Positions 1 to 8,879 of a DNA stretch of 61,007 nt are shown one piece after another. Source of the stretch: an uncultured Candidatus Saccharibacteria bacterium (GTDB lineage: Bacteria; Patescibacteriota; Minisyncoccia; Minisyncoccales; MHMH01); NCBI GenBank assembly GCA_964568775.1, contig CAZMQW010000005.1:1-61007 (forward strand). Direction: 5' to 3'. Positions within the stretch are counted from its first letter, which is position 1. Each line of letters begins with the position of its first letter. The position numbers and the translations under genes are program-made. The notes beneath the pieces are model-generated. The model was not told the DNA's origin. It did no database searches and saw nothing but the letters and a program-made list of their open reading frames with translations.

Positions 1-683
1 TTGCCTTAGGTCCTCCTGCCTACAGGCTTTTGATTCCCCATTGTCCTCCTAGCTAGGATTTGGAGGGCTTAGGGTAAGCCACTCTTGGGTCGACCTTTGG
101 CTCCTAAGTAAAAATGGAGCCCAAGCCTTGCTTTTACCTAAAAAGCAACGTCTGAACTCCATTGACCTATTTAAAAATCCCCATAAAGTGGTTTTAATTA
201 AAAATTTTCCCTCAGTTAAGTTTAGCAATACCACAAATCGCTCATCTAGTTCCTCCGCTAAATGGATTAGATTACTTTTTTATACTATAATTAACCAAAA
301 GGGGTGTCAAGTCGGAATTTCCCAGGTAAGAAACTTTCTTTGGGCCCCCAAGCTAGGGAGGAATTTCTCCCCAAATTGGAGAGGAATTTTACTAACCGGG
401 TGCCCAAAGAAAATCTCCTATATTTTTTTCAAAAGAAGAACTCAGCTAAAACTGATTAATAAAAAACCACCCCTTACCATCCCCACAACCCGGCTTTAGT
501 TTCCAAATTTTAGCATTAACCCTAACCCTCCCCTACTATATCCATTAGTACCTCCTTTGGTGGTTTATTTTTTAATACGATTGGCAATAGATCTTTGTAG
601 CAAATATAAAATAATTGTCAAGCTCTCTACTAAAAAGTAAAACCAATCTAAAAAAACCGTCTTCTCGACGATTGTTTAATTTG

Positions 684-766
684 CTGTGTGCCCCGGTCTA
701 GTACCAAAGTTTTAAAGGGAAACTGGGACTGTTTTTGGCTTCCCCATTGACCCGTCTTGGTCGGCC
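684..766. repeat. Repeat family copy E (left arm + 28-bp core), just 3' of tRNA-Gln copy 1
   Basis: CTGTGTGCCCCGGTCTAGTACC...TTTTAAAGGG aligns with 11931-11970 and 9782-9810; core 739-766 matches copy B core at 21/28. Confidence 0.7.
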
Positions 767-787
767 ACGATACTACGCTGACTGATG

Positions 788-858
788 CTGCGGGGCTTGG
801 ATTCGAACCAAGAATTCCAGGGCCAAGGCCTGGCGTGTTACCATTGCACCACCCCGCA
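788..858 (-). tRNA. tRNA-Gln (TTG), copy 1, atypical C33, no encoded CCA
   Basis: Cloverleaf: acceptor TGCGGGG/CCCCGCA, anticodon arm CCAGG-CCTTGGC-CCTGG, T arm CTTGG-TTCGAAT-CCAAG. Confidence 0.85.
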
Positions 859-875
859 ATATTGAGTATTTTACC

Positions 876-1550
876 TTATTTCCCCTCTTTTTGCAACGCT
901 TCAACAATAGCCAGTTCCAAGGGCAATTGAGGGATTGAGGAATACTTCATTTTGTTCTCCGCTTCCATAAAAAGCTTGATAATGCGCTGCAAGTCCTGCT
1001 CAGTAAAATCGGCAACTTGCGATTGCAGTTTTTCCTGCTCTTCCTTGGTCAGCCCGACAATGACCGGATTGGCCGGGTTAGCCTCTATTTTCAGAATCAA
1101 GCCTTGCCTCAAATAGTAAATCAAAGCCTTGGTGAACTCCTGCACGTCCTTGCCTTTTTCCAGTGTTTTGTTGAGAAAATCAATAGCCTCACCCGCTTTC
1201 TGCTGGCAAAGGAAACCAAAGAATTCGCTGATCAGCTTGGTATCAACCATGCCCAGCAAGTCCTTGATGTTTTCAGCCTTAATCGGCTCTTTGGCAGCGC
1301 CAGAAAACGTCAGCACCTGATCAAGAAGGCCTTCAGCGTCCCTGATTGCCCCGCCAGAACTGAGAGCGATCAGTTCCAGGGCGGGCTTTTCAATTTTAAC
1401 CCCTTCTTTTTTAACCAAATACTCCAAACGGCTGACGATTTCTGACAGGGTCAGCTTACGGAAATCAAATCTTTGGCAACGGGAAATGATGGTCGGAATC
1501 ATTCTGTGGATTTCGGTGGTGGCCAGAACGAAGATAGCGTGGGCCGGCGG
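876..1550 (-). pseudogene. dnaX: 5'-truncated second copy of dnaX (C-terminal 224 aa; frame stays open back to a TTG at 1595)
   Basis: From PPAHAIF onward about 93% aa identical (16/224 differences) to 13018..14133; lacks Walker A, Zn site and Walker B. Confidence 0.85.
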
Positions 1551-1578
1551 GTTTTTGATAGGGTCGAAACTTTTATAA

Positions 1579-1959
1579 CTACTTAATTTTTTCAATAAAA
1601 TCCTTTATCATCTCAACAAGCTCGAGCGAAGTATGCTGCGATTTCACGAAATAATCATCTGCTCCCGCCCGCAAAGCCTTTTGGATGCCCTCATCCATGC
1701 TGAGTGACGTCAAAATAACCACCGGAATGCTTTTTGTCCGGGGGTCTTTTTTCAGCTCTTGCAGCACTTCAAAACCCGACTTCTTGGGAAGCAACAAATC
1801 AAGCAAGACCAGGTCTGGTTTTTTTGACCGTACCAGTCTTACGCCTTTTTCGCCGTCAAACGCTAATAATACATCAAACCCCGCCTTAACCAATTCCTCC
1901 CGCATGACAATGGACAGGACTTCATCGTCTTCGATAAGGGTTATTTTGGGCTTTTTCAT
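1579..1959 (-). CDS. Single-domain response regulator receiver
   Basis: LIEDD, DLVLLDLLLP (phospho-Asp), VVILTS, DDYFVK motifs; no output domain. Confidence 0.9.
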   Translation of the reverse strand: MKKPKITLIEDDEVLSIVMREELVKAGFDVLLAFDGEKGVRLVRSKKPDLVLLDLLLPKKSGFEVLQELKKDPRTKSIPVVILTSLSMDEGIQKALRAGADDYFVKSQHTSLELVEMIKDFIEKIK

Positions 1960-2690
1960 GGCTTAGTATTAGTTAATGGCAATCTGACATAAAATGTCGT
2001 TCCTTTGTCTTTTGCCGAATCGAACCAAATCTTCCCTTTGAGCAATTTGACTGTTTGGCCGGCAGCGTAAAGACCCAGCCCCAGACCCTCTTGGTTGAGT
2101 GATCGGGCGTTACCGGCCCGGGTGAATTTTTCAAAAATATGCTTTTGGTCTTTCTTGGGAATACCAATGCCGTTGTCCCGGACCATAAGACAAAAAGTTT
2201 CCTTGTCTTTCTTTAAGGAAACTTCGATCCTGCCCCCTTTGGGAGTATATTCAATAGCGTTTAAAAAAAGTGGTTGAAAAATATTATAGAAAGCAGCGCT
2301 GTCAATAACGGCCCGGAGCATTGGCGGATGCTTCTGAAAAGTGACCGAAATGTTCTTTTTGGCCGAGAACAAAACATATTCTTTCAGGAAGTTTTTGACA
2401 AACTTCACCAGGTCAAGCGAGCGCGGAGAAAAAACTATTTTCCCGTGTTCAATGCGGGATACGTTTAAAAGCACGGTAATCAGGTCGTTCAGACGCACGG
2501 CCGAGGCGTGAATAAGCGTCAGATATTCTTTGGAGTATTTTGTCAGTTTCCCGGTCCGAAGCAACAATTCAATCATCCACTTGATGCGGGTGACCGGATT
2601 GCGAAGCTGATGCGATGCCAGATAAACAAATTCCTCGCTCCCCCCTTTGACGCTTCTCTCTAAGTGGTTCGCTCTGCCAGCCATAGCCAT
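1956..2690 (-). CDS. Histidine kinase, HisKA + HATPase only (no sensor domain)
   Basis: ASHQLRNP H-box, NAIEY N-box, DNGIGI G1, FEKF F-box, GLGLGL G2. Confidence 0.9.
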   Translation of the reverse strand: MAMAGRANHLERSVKGGSEEFVYLASHQLRNPVTRIKWMIELLLRTGKLTKYSKEYLTLIHASAVRLNDLITVLLNVSRIEHGKIVFSPRSLDLVKFVKNFLKEYVLFSAKKNISVTFQKHPPMLRAVIDSAAFYNIFQPLFLNAIEYTPKGGRIEVSLKKDKETFCLMVRDNGIGIPKKDQKHIFEKFTRAGNARSLNQEGLGLGLYAAGQTVKLLKGKIWFDSAKDKGTTFYVRLPLTNTKP

Positions 2691-4436
2691 CTATTGCAAC
2701 TTATCTAACTCTTGGCGAAGATACTTTCTCATCTTGCCGATTGTCTGGCGCATATTCTTCAAATGAAATTTCATTTCTGGCTTAGCTCTCCTCTCAAAAC
2801 CATTTTTCAATTTTTCTATCCATTCCTCCAGCCCTTTCAAATCGTCGGCCAAGAGCTTGGTTAATTTATCAATGTCTCGAGCAGCTACCATTTTATAGGC
2901 AGCCCGCTTTCTCTTGAGCGACAAATAATACCAGGCGCTGATACTGACGCCCGAGACAATCAGCAAGAGAACAATTAAAGCAATTTCAAACCAACCCAAC
3001 TCAACCAAGCCCACCGAAATAATGGTTGCCGCTTTTATTTTTAGCGTTTCCGCTTCGGTCGGATAGCTGACAGCCCCCCGGCCGTCGCGAGCTGTGACCG
3101 TTAAGGTATACTGTCCCCTGGCTAACAGTTTTTCAACGCTAATCTCCCAATTACCCAGTTCATCGCTACTGGCTTGGCCGGAAAAGATTTCCTGGCCGGC
3201 TTTGTTTGATATCAGAATGTCGACAAAACCATTTGGCATTGTCTTGCCGGAAGCAAAAATAGGCTCTCCCTGGCTGATTGATTTGGTTATAAAACTGATG
3301 AAGGGAATCGGTAAGGGCAATATTTCAAAATCCAAATCGTCCTCAACCCCGTTGCCAGCCGCATCAAGGGCTCTGACAGTAACCGTGTGCTTGCCGGGTG
3401 CTTGGGGTAATAAAACCGTAGCGGGCGAGGTTATTGAAGTTGGCCCTTTGCCGTCTATAAAAACCAAGTATTCGGCCACGCCCGATAAACTGTCGTGCGT
3501 TTCATAGCTTATTTCAGGAACCGGGTTGTCGCTGACTTCATTGTCAATCTCTATTTCAAAGGGCAGAGGCGGAGTTGTATCAATTGATATTTTATAATGG
3601 GCTATTTTGCCCCAGCCGACATTGTTCTTGAACTGAACATGGCCGTACCAAACGCCTTCTTCCAGCACGCCAAACTTCTGGCCGGTAAAAAGCTTTTCTG
3701 CTATGTTTTTGGGGTCGCCGTTGGGGTCTTGGTCAATTTGAGTGGCTACCTTAATAACGTCATCCGGCACCTCCCAAAAAACTATCACTTCGCCCAAATG
3801 GTTGTACCACTGGGAAGGATCGGGATAAAGAGGAATCGTTAAAACTGGTTCTTGGGGCAGATTCTGAGCTGTCACCGGCTCTCTGATGACTTCCACGGGC
3901 GCGGGCGGTGCGGCGGATTCTGGGATTTCGGCCGGTTCCGGTCTGATTGTTTCCACGCCGATTCCCACGCTGGTTCCTTCAATCACTGAAAGCACATTAG
4001 TCCCCTTGCCATCGCTGGCTGTGACCACGGCCTCGGCTACGGTAATCTCGGCCGCTCCCGAACCCATGGCTTTAAAATTCAGCCTGATAATTTGCAAAGC
4101 GCTGCCCGAAACACCCTTGGAGGTACCGCCAATAAAAACAACTTCGCCGTTCTCGTTTGAAATGTCGGGTCCTTCAATCCAAAAATTGAATATCGAGTTA
4201 TCTTTTTCAACGCTTAAAAGTTCTAAAATATTATTTTGAAACAACACCTTGGCTGCAGCAGCATTAATATCAACTTCCTGGCTGTCAACTTTCAAATCAA
4301 CGTAAAATTCGTCACCAACGCCAAAACCGTCTATTTCAGTAATAAAGTATAATTTGGCAGCTTCAACATGATTCGCCAAACCAAGAACAATAAACAATGA
4401 ACAAGAAATTATTAAAAAGGTTTTTTTATAACTCAT
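2691..4436 (-). CDS. Surface protein: signal peptide, cohesin-like domain, Pro-rich linker, Ig-like domains, TM helix, cytoplasmic coiled coil
   Basis: N-terminal beta-rich domain (FYVDLKVDS...INAAAAKVLF...SIFNFWIEGP) resembles CPR cohesin domains; PAPGKHTVTVRALDAAGN Ig-like motif; hydrophobic FEIALIVLLLIVSGVSISAWYY. Confidence 0.65.
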   Translation of the reverse strand: MSYKKTFLIISCSLFIVLGLANHVEAAKLYFITEIDGFGVGDEFYVDLKVDSQEVDINAAAAKVLFQNNILELLSVEKDNSIFNFWIEGPDISNENGEVVFIGGTSKGVSGSALQIIRLNFKAMGSGAAEITVAEAVVTASDGKGTNVLSVIEGTSVGIGVETIRPEPAEIPESAAPPAPVEVIREPVTAQNLPQEPVLTIPLYPDPSQWYNHLGEVIVFWEVPDDVIKVATQIDQDPNGDPKNIAEKLFTGQKFGVLEEGVWYGHVQFKNNVGWGKIAHYKISIDTTPPLPFEIEIDNEVSDNPVPEISYETHDSLSGVAEYLVFIDGKGPTSITSPATVLLPQAPGKHTVTVRALDAAGNGVEDDLDFEILPLPIPFISFITKSISQGEPIFASGKTMPNGFVDILISNKAGQEIFSGQASSDELGNWEISVEKLLARGQYTLTVTARDGRGAVSYPTEAETLKIKAATIISVGLVELGWFEIALIVLLLIVSGVSISAWYYLSLKRKRAAYKMVAARDIDKLTKLLADDLKGLEEWIEKLKNGFERRAKPEMKFHLKNMRQTIGKMRKYLRQELDKLQ

Positions 4437-5785
4437 TATAGTTTCATCAAATTAAGAAATACGCTGAAATCGGCAATATTTATCTGGCCATCGCCGTTTA
4501 AATCAATCGTTGACCTGAGATTAATGTCTGCCTGGCCCCAGCGGAAGAGAAAAACGCTCCAGTCGGTAATATTAATCACATCATCCTCGTTAAAATCCGC
4601 CTGAGGAATTTTTAATAAAGAAACTCTTAAATCTTTAGCCAGAGAAAAACTGCTCACCTTGCCCGCCGAATCTATTTGTCTGACTTTGGCCGAATGCTTG
4701 TCAGCCGTTAAAACATCTGTGTTTATCAGGGCCGTCCAAAAACCGTTTTCATCAGCCCAGGCCGTCTTCACAATCATATTGTCAATATAAACTTCTATGA
4801 CATTACCCGAACCAGCATAACCAAAAATATAGCTTTCCTTGCCTCGCGTCACCGCTATTTTTTCCAGTGCCACGGTCGGTGGCATAAAAATATCTTTTGC
4901 TTCTAAAATATTCTCTGTTTTCAAATCTACATCAAACGCTATAATGCTTGTTTTCCGGCCGTCTCTATCTTCCGCTCGCAAAGCAAAAAAATATTCATCT
5001 GATACTAAAGCACCCAGACTCAGGTTAAACTTGCCATCAGCTGAAACCTGATACATTTCTAAAGGAACAACTAGATACTGGGCTTCTTCATCTGTACTGC
5101 CCCTTCTTAAAACCTCTATTTTACTTTCAGGATAGGCCTGACCAGAAAAAGCCACCTTCACTCTTCTAGTTGAACCTGTCGGTCCCCCTTCCACAGGTTC
5201 TTCGGGGAGAATATAGGTAATAACCGCTGAAATTTTACTAACCAGAGTGTTCCTGGCTTTTTTATTGGTTACTCCTATTTCAATATCGCTGCCTGAAGTT
5301 TTAGTGAAACTAACAATATGGCTCTGGGTACTCCCGTTATATTCTGCTAATACTGACGAAATATTTTCGCCATAATCAGCACAACTGCCATTATGGCAAT
5401 ACCGTGTTTGAAATGCCCCATTAAGTCCCTGTTTTCTGTAGCAGACCGTAATATCAATTTGGGTTACTGTCGAATTATCAGGAATACTTGATTCGTCAAT
5501 ATCAAATGTTTGGCTGGCTTCATTGATGCTACTGATAATATAAGAGACATCGCCATCGCTACTATTGGTACACTTAGAACCACTCAACTCATCAACTCCA
5601 GTATAGCAATTGGTTGCGTTACAAGGAGTCTCGTTTAAAGTATTGCCCCAATCAGCGCTGTCGTCCCCGCCGTCAGCTGTCGGCCGCAAACCGGCTGTGG
5701 TATCTGCTAAAACAACATTGCTCGACAGCCCGCCGACAACAAGTAAGATTAATAAAATCTTAAAGCGAAGCATTAAAGTTTTCAT
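4436..5785 (-). CDS. Secreted protein with C-terminal dockerin-like duplicated Ca-binding loop
   Basis: Signal peptide; DFNEDDVINITDWSVFL and DLNGDGQINIADFSVFL repeats; Cys-rich N-terminal domain. Confidence 0.7.
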   Translation of the reverse strand: MKTLMLRFKILLILLVVGGLSSNVVLADTTAGLRPTADGGDDSADWGNTLNETPCNATNCYTGVDELSGSKCTNSSDGDVSYIISSINEASQTFDIDESSIPDNSTVTQIDITVCYRKQGLNGAFQTRYCHNGSCADYGENISSVLAEYNGSTQSHIVSFTKTSGSDIEIGVTNKKARNTLVSKISAVITYILPEEPVEGGPTGSTRRVKVAFSGQAYPESKIEVLRRGSTDEEAQYLVVPLEMYQVSADGKFNLSLGALVSDEYFFALRAEDRDGRKTSIIAFDVDLKTENILEAKDIFMPPTVALEKIAVTRGKESYIFGYAGSGNVIEVYIDNMIVKTAWADENGFWTALINTDVLTADKHSAKVRQIDSAGKVSSFSLAKDLRVSLLKIPQADFNEDDVINITDWSVFLFRWGQADINLRSTIDLNGDGQINIADFSVFLNLMKL

Positions 5786-5789
5786 CCAT

Positions 5790-6266
5790 TTATCTTGGCT
5801 TTGATCTTTCTGTCTTATCCTCTTGTCCTTTTGAAGGTTCTTTGGTTTCAGCCTCTTGGTTTTTTGCTGGCTTTTTGGCTTTTGGATGCTGCTCTTTCCC
5901 GAAAAAATTACTGACCATACCTACAATCTCACTAATGGCGTGCTGTGATTTGACTATGTAGTCATTGGCTCCCAAGCGAAGACCCTTCTTAATATCGTCA
6001 TCCCGACCAAGCATAGTCAGAACAATAACAGGAATGCTGCGAGTAACTGGAGATTTTTTAATCTCTTCCAGCACGCTGAACCCGTCTTTTTTAGGCAGAA
6101 TGAGGTCAAGCAAAACCAAGTCTGGTTTCTCAGCCCTGACCAACCTTAAACCTTCCTCGCCGTCAAAAGCTTGCGATACATCAAAATCTCCCTCAGACAG
6201 TTCCTCATAAATAACTTTAGCTAAGACCTCATCGTCTTCTATCAAAAGTATTTTTAGCTTTGCCAT
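5790..6266 (-). CDS. Response regulator receiver with charged C-terminal tail
   Basis: LLIEDD, DLVLLDLILP, ANDYIVK motifs; paralog of 1579..1959. Confidence 0.9.
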   Translation of the reverse strand: MAKLKILLIEDDEVLAKVIYEELSEGDFDVSQAFDGEEGLRLVRAEKPDLVLLDLILPKKDGFSVLEEIKKSPVTRSIPVIVLTMLGRDDDIKKGLRLGANDYIVKSQHAISEIVGMVSNFFGKEQHPKAKKPAKNQEAETKEPSKGQEDKTERSKPR

Positions 6267-6292
6267 TTTTTTATTATAACTTAATTAAATAA

Positions 6293-7903
6293 TTAAGCCA
6301 AAGGCTTGCTTCCTTTTTTCGACCTTACTTTAAGAGGAAGCTCAATATAAAAGGTACTCCCTTTGTTCTCTTCTGATTCAAACCAAATCTTGCCCTGCAA
6401 AAGATCAACTGTGCTTTTGGCAAAATAAAGACCGAAGCCGATACCATCGGTCTTCATTAGTTTGGCATTGGTCCCCCGGGTGAATTTATCAAAAATAATT
6501 GGCTGTTCTTTTTTAGGTATGCCAATACCATTATCACTAATTATCAAAAGAAAAGTGCGCTCTTTCTTTCTCAAGGACACCTCCACCCTGCCTCCCTTGG
6601 AAGTGTATTCAAGAGCGTTAGAAACAACCGCTTGCACAATAGTGTGCAAGGCGCTGATATCGGTAACTACGTTAAGGGTTTTGGGGTGTTTTTGGAAAAC
6701 AACAGTTAGGTCCTTTTTGTCACAGAGCGGACTGCATTCGTCAAGATAATCATCGACAAACTCTACTAATTCCAACGCCTTGGGAGAAATACTTACCTCA
6801 CCCCCTTCAATCCGAGATACGTTCAACAAAAGATCAACTAAATTAGAAAGGCGTTGAAAACTGGTGTGAATGTCTTTAAGGTATCCTTTCCCTTTTTCGC
6901 TTAACTTTTCCTCTTTTTTCATGAACCGTTCTACTACCCATTGAGCACCAGTCAAGGGAGTGCGGAGTTGGTGTGAAGCAATAGAAATAAAATCGCTTCT
7001 CATTTTGTTGGTTTTCTTTTGTTGTTTTAATTCTACTTCCAACCTGCTCTTTTCCGCTACTACTGCCTCAGCTTTTTTCTGCTCGGTGATGTCTTCGATG
7101 GCCAGAAGTATTCTTTCCGGTTGCGCTGGCGGCGGAGGTATGCGTCGAGCATTCAAAAGCATTATTCGTTTGCCAATCTTTGGGAATTTATGCTCAACTT
7201 CAAAGTTATCAAATATTGCGTGCTTGGGAAGTATTTTCTCTAAGAGCTGGCGTAGTTTAGGAATATTCCATTGGCGATTCCCTAAATTATAGATAAATTT
7301 CCCCTCCGTCTCCCTGGGTACTACTTTAAAAATCTGATAAAAAGAGCGGCTGGCGGAAACTACCTTTAAGTCTCTATTCAGAACTAAAAATGGTTCACGC
7401 ACAGTGTTAACAATACTCTCAGCATAGTCACGGGTCTTCCGGGCGTCTTGTTTCATCAACGTGCGCTCGGTGATATCTTCAATGGCCAGTAAGATTAACT
7501 CTTCTTCTTCTTCTTCTTCTCCTCCTGTTATTGCCCTGGCTATTTTTTTTGGGATGCGCATTTGACGAGCGTTCAGGCTTATAATCCGGTGTCCAATTTT
7601 TTTGAAATCATGCTCAATTTGGTAATCTATTACAACCGTTTTATTAGACAAAATATTTTTTAATAGATGGATTAATTTTGGGATATTCCACTGGCGATTA
7701 CCTAAACTAGGAATTAGTCGACCGACCGTTTCTTTTTTAGTGGCCTTGAAAGTATTAAAGAAAGACCGGTTGGCAGAAACAACCCGCAAGTTTTTATCAA
7801 GGACCAAAAATGGCTCTCTCAATGTAGCGATAATACTTTCGGCATACTTTAAAGCTGTTTTAACTGTCCTTTCTGTTTGTTTTGGCTTTCTTATTTTTTT
7901 CAC
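6293..7903 (-). CDS. Cytoplasmic PAS-PAS sensor histidine kinase
   Basis: Two near-duplicate PAS domains (AESII/VxTxREPFLVL...LGNRQWNIPKL), ASHQLRTP H-box, DNGIGI, GIGFGL; no TM segment. Confidence 0.9.
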   Translation of the reverse strand: MKKIRKPKQTERTVKTALKYAESIIATLREPFLVLDKNLRVVSANRSFFNTFKATKKETVGRLIPSLGNRQWNIPKLIHLLKNILSNKTVVIDYQIEHDFKKIGHRIISLNARQMRIPKKIARAITGGEEEEEEELILLAIEDITERTLMKQDARKTRDYAESIVNTVREPFLVLNRDLKVVSASRSFYQIFKVVPRETEGKFIYNLGNRQWNIPKLRQLLEKILPKHAIFDNFEVEHKFPKIGKRIMLLNARRIPPPPAQPERILLAIEDITEQKKAEAVVAEKSRLEVELKQQKKTNKMRSDFISIASHQLRTPLTGAQWVVERFMKKEEKLSEKGKGYLKDIHTSFQRLSNLVDLLLNVSRIEGGEVSISPKALELVEFVDDYLDECSPLCDKKDLTVVFQKHPKTLNVVTDISALHTIVQAVVSNALEYTSKGGRVEVSLRKKERTFLLIISDNGIGIPKKEQPIIFDKFTRGTNAKLMKTDGIGFGLYFAKSTVDLLQGKIWFESEENKGSTFYIELPLKVRSKKGSKPLA

Positions 7904-8120
7904 AGTTTTTAATTAATGTAATAATTAAAAAAACCACCACTTAAATCAGCGATGGAAATTCATGCTTAATATTAAACTTGCACTAAAACTAAAATTCCGA
8001 ACCCGGCTTCGTCTCTCTCGGTATGTAAAAATTATAAAATTCCCAAGCCTCATGTCCCTCTAGTATATATTATACCACAAGGCCTTGTGATAACAAACTG
8101 TGGATAACCCTTTGACCTCA

Positions 8121-8867
8121 TTAAATCTGTATTTTCGAAAACAGATAACTGCCCACCGAAAGCAATAACAGCGTTATCGCTCCCAAGACCAAGAAATCCA
8201 AGCTGAGACCGAAATGGGCTCCGTTGACCAAGGTAGCGCGCAAACCGTCAACCCCGTAAGACAGAGGGTCAATGCTGGCCACGATACTGATTGCTTTGGG
8301 CAAGTTTTCAAGAGGAAAAAGGGCGCCCGAAAGGAAGAACAGCGGCATAACGAGAAAATTCATGATGAGCTGAAAGCCCTGCATATCTTCCAAGACCGAA
8401 GCGATGGCCGTTCCCAAGGCGGAAAAAAGAACGGCGATGAGAAACATGAAAACCAGCCCCAAGGGCAGCATGGCCAGATTGCCGAGTCGGAAGCCGATGA
8501 AAAACGAAATACAGAGAACGATGATGCCCTGGAGAGTGGCCACCGTTGCCCCGCCCAAAGTCCGGCCGATCATGATCTTGAACCGCGACACCGGAGCAAC
8601 CAGGGTCTCTTTGAGAAATCCGAACTGTTTGTCCCAGATGATTTCAATGCCGGAGAATACGGCGGTAAAAAGAATGCTCATGGCAATGATGCCCGGGGCC
8701 AAAAACTGGATGTAGTCTCCCCCGCCGGCCCTTTGGTAAATCGGGCCGAAACCGAAACCGAGCGCCACCAGGAAAAGCAGCGGCTGTCCCAAAGAACCGA
8801 TGATCCGCGCCCTGGAGCGGTAATGCCTTTTCAATTGTCGCAGCCAAAGTATGTAAATCGTGCTCAT
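8121..8867 (-). CDS. ABC-2 type exporter permease (DrrB-like)
   Basis: Six hydrophobic segments; FGFLKETLVAPV and DPLSYGVDGLR motifs. Confidence 0.88.
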   Translation of the reverse strand: MSTIYILWLRQLKRHYRSRARIIGSLGQPLLFLVALGFGFGPIYQRAGGGDYIQFLAPGIIAMSILFTAVFSGIEIIWDKQFGFLKETLVAPVSRFKIMIGRTLGGATVATLQGIIVLCISFFIGFRLGNLAMLPLGLVFMFLIAVLFSALGTAIASVLEDMQGFQLIMNFLVMPLFFLSGALFPLENLPKAISIVASIDPLSYGVDGLRATLVNGAHFGLSLDFLVLGAITLLLLSVGSYLFSKIQI

Positions 8868-8879
8868 GTTTTTTTAATT

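Noticed and set aside
128-499. Plus-strand ORF starting MLLPKKQRL as RNase P protein (rnpA)
   Set aside because: Only the first residues resemble RnpA. There is no RNR (AVxRNRxKR) motif, and the promoter and SD signals here are on the minus strand.
1-545. Stop-codon reassignment to explain the broken ORFs
   Set aside because: TAG, TAA and TGA all interrupt the frames, and all three serve as normal stops in core genes.
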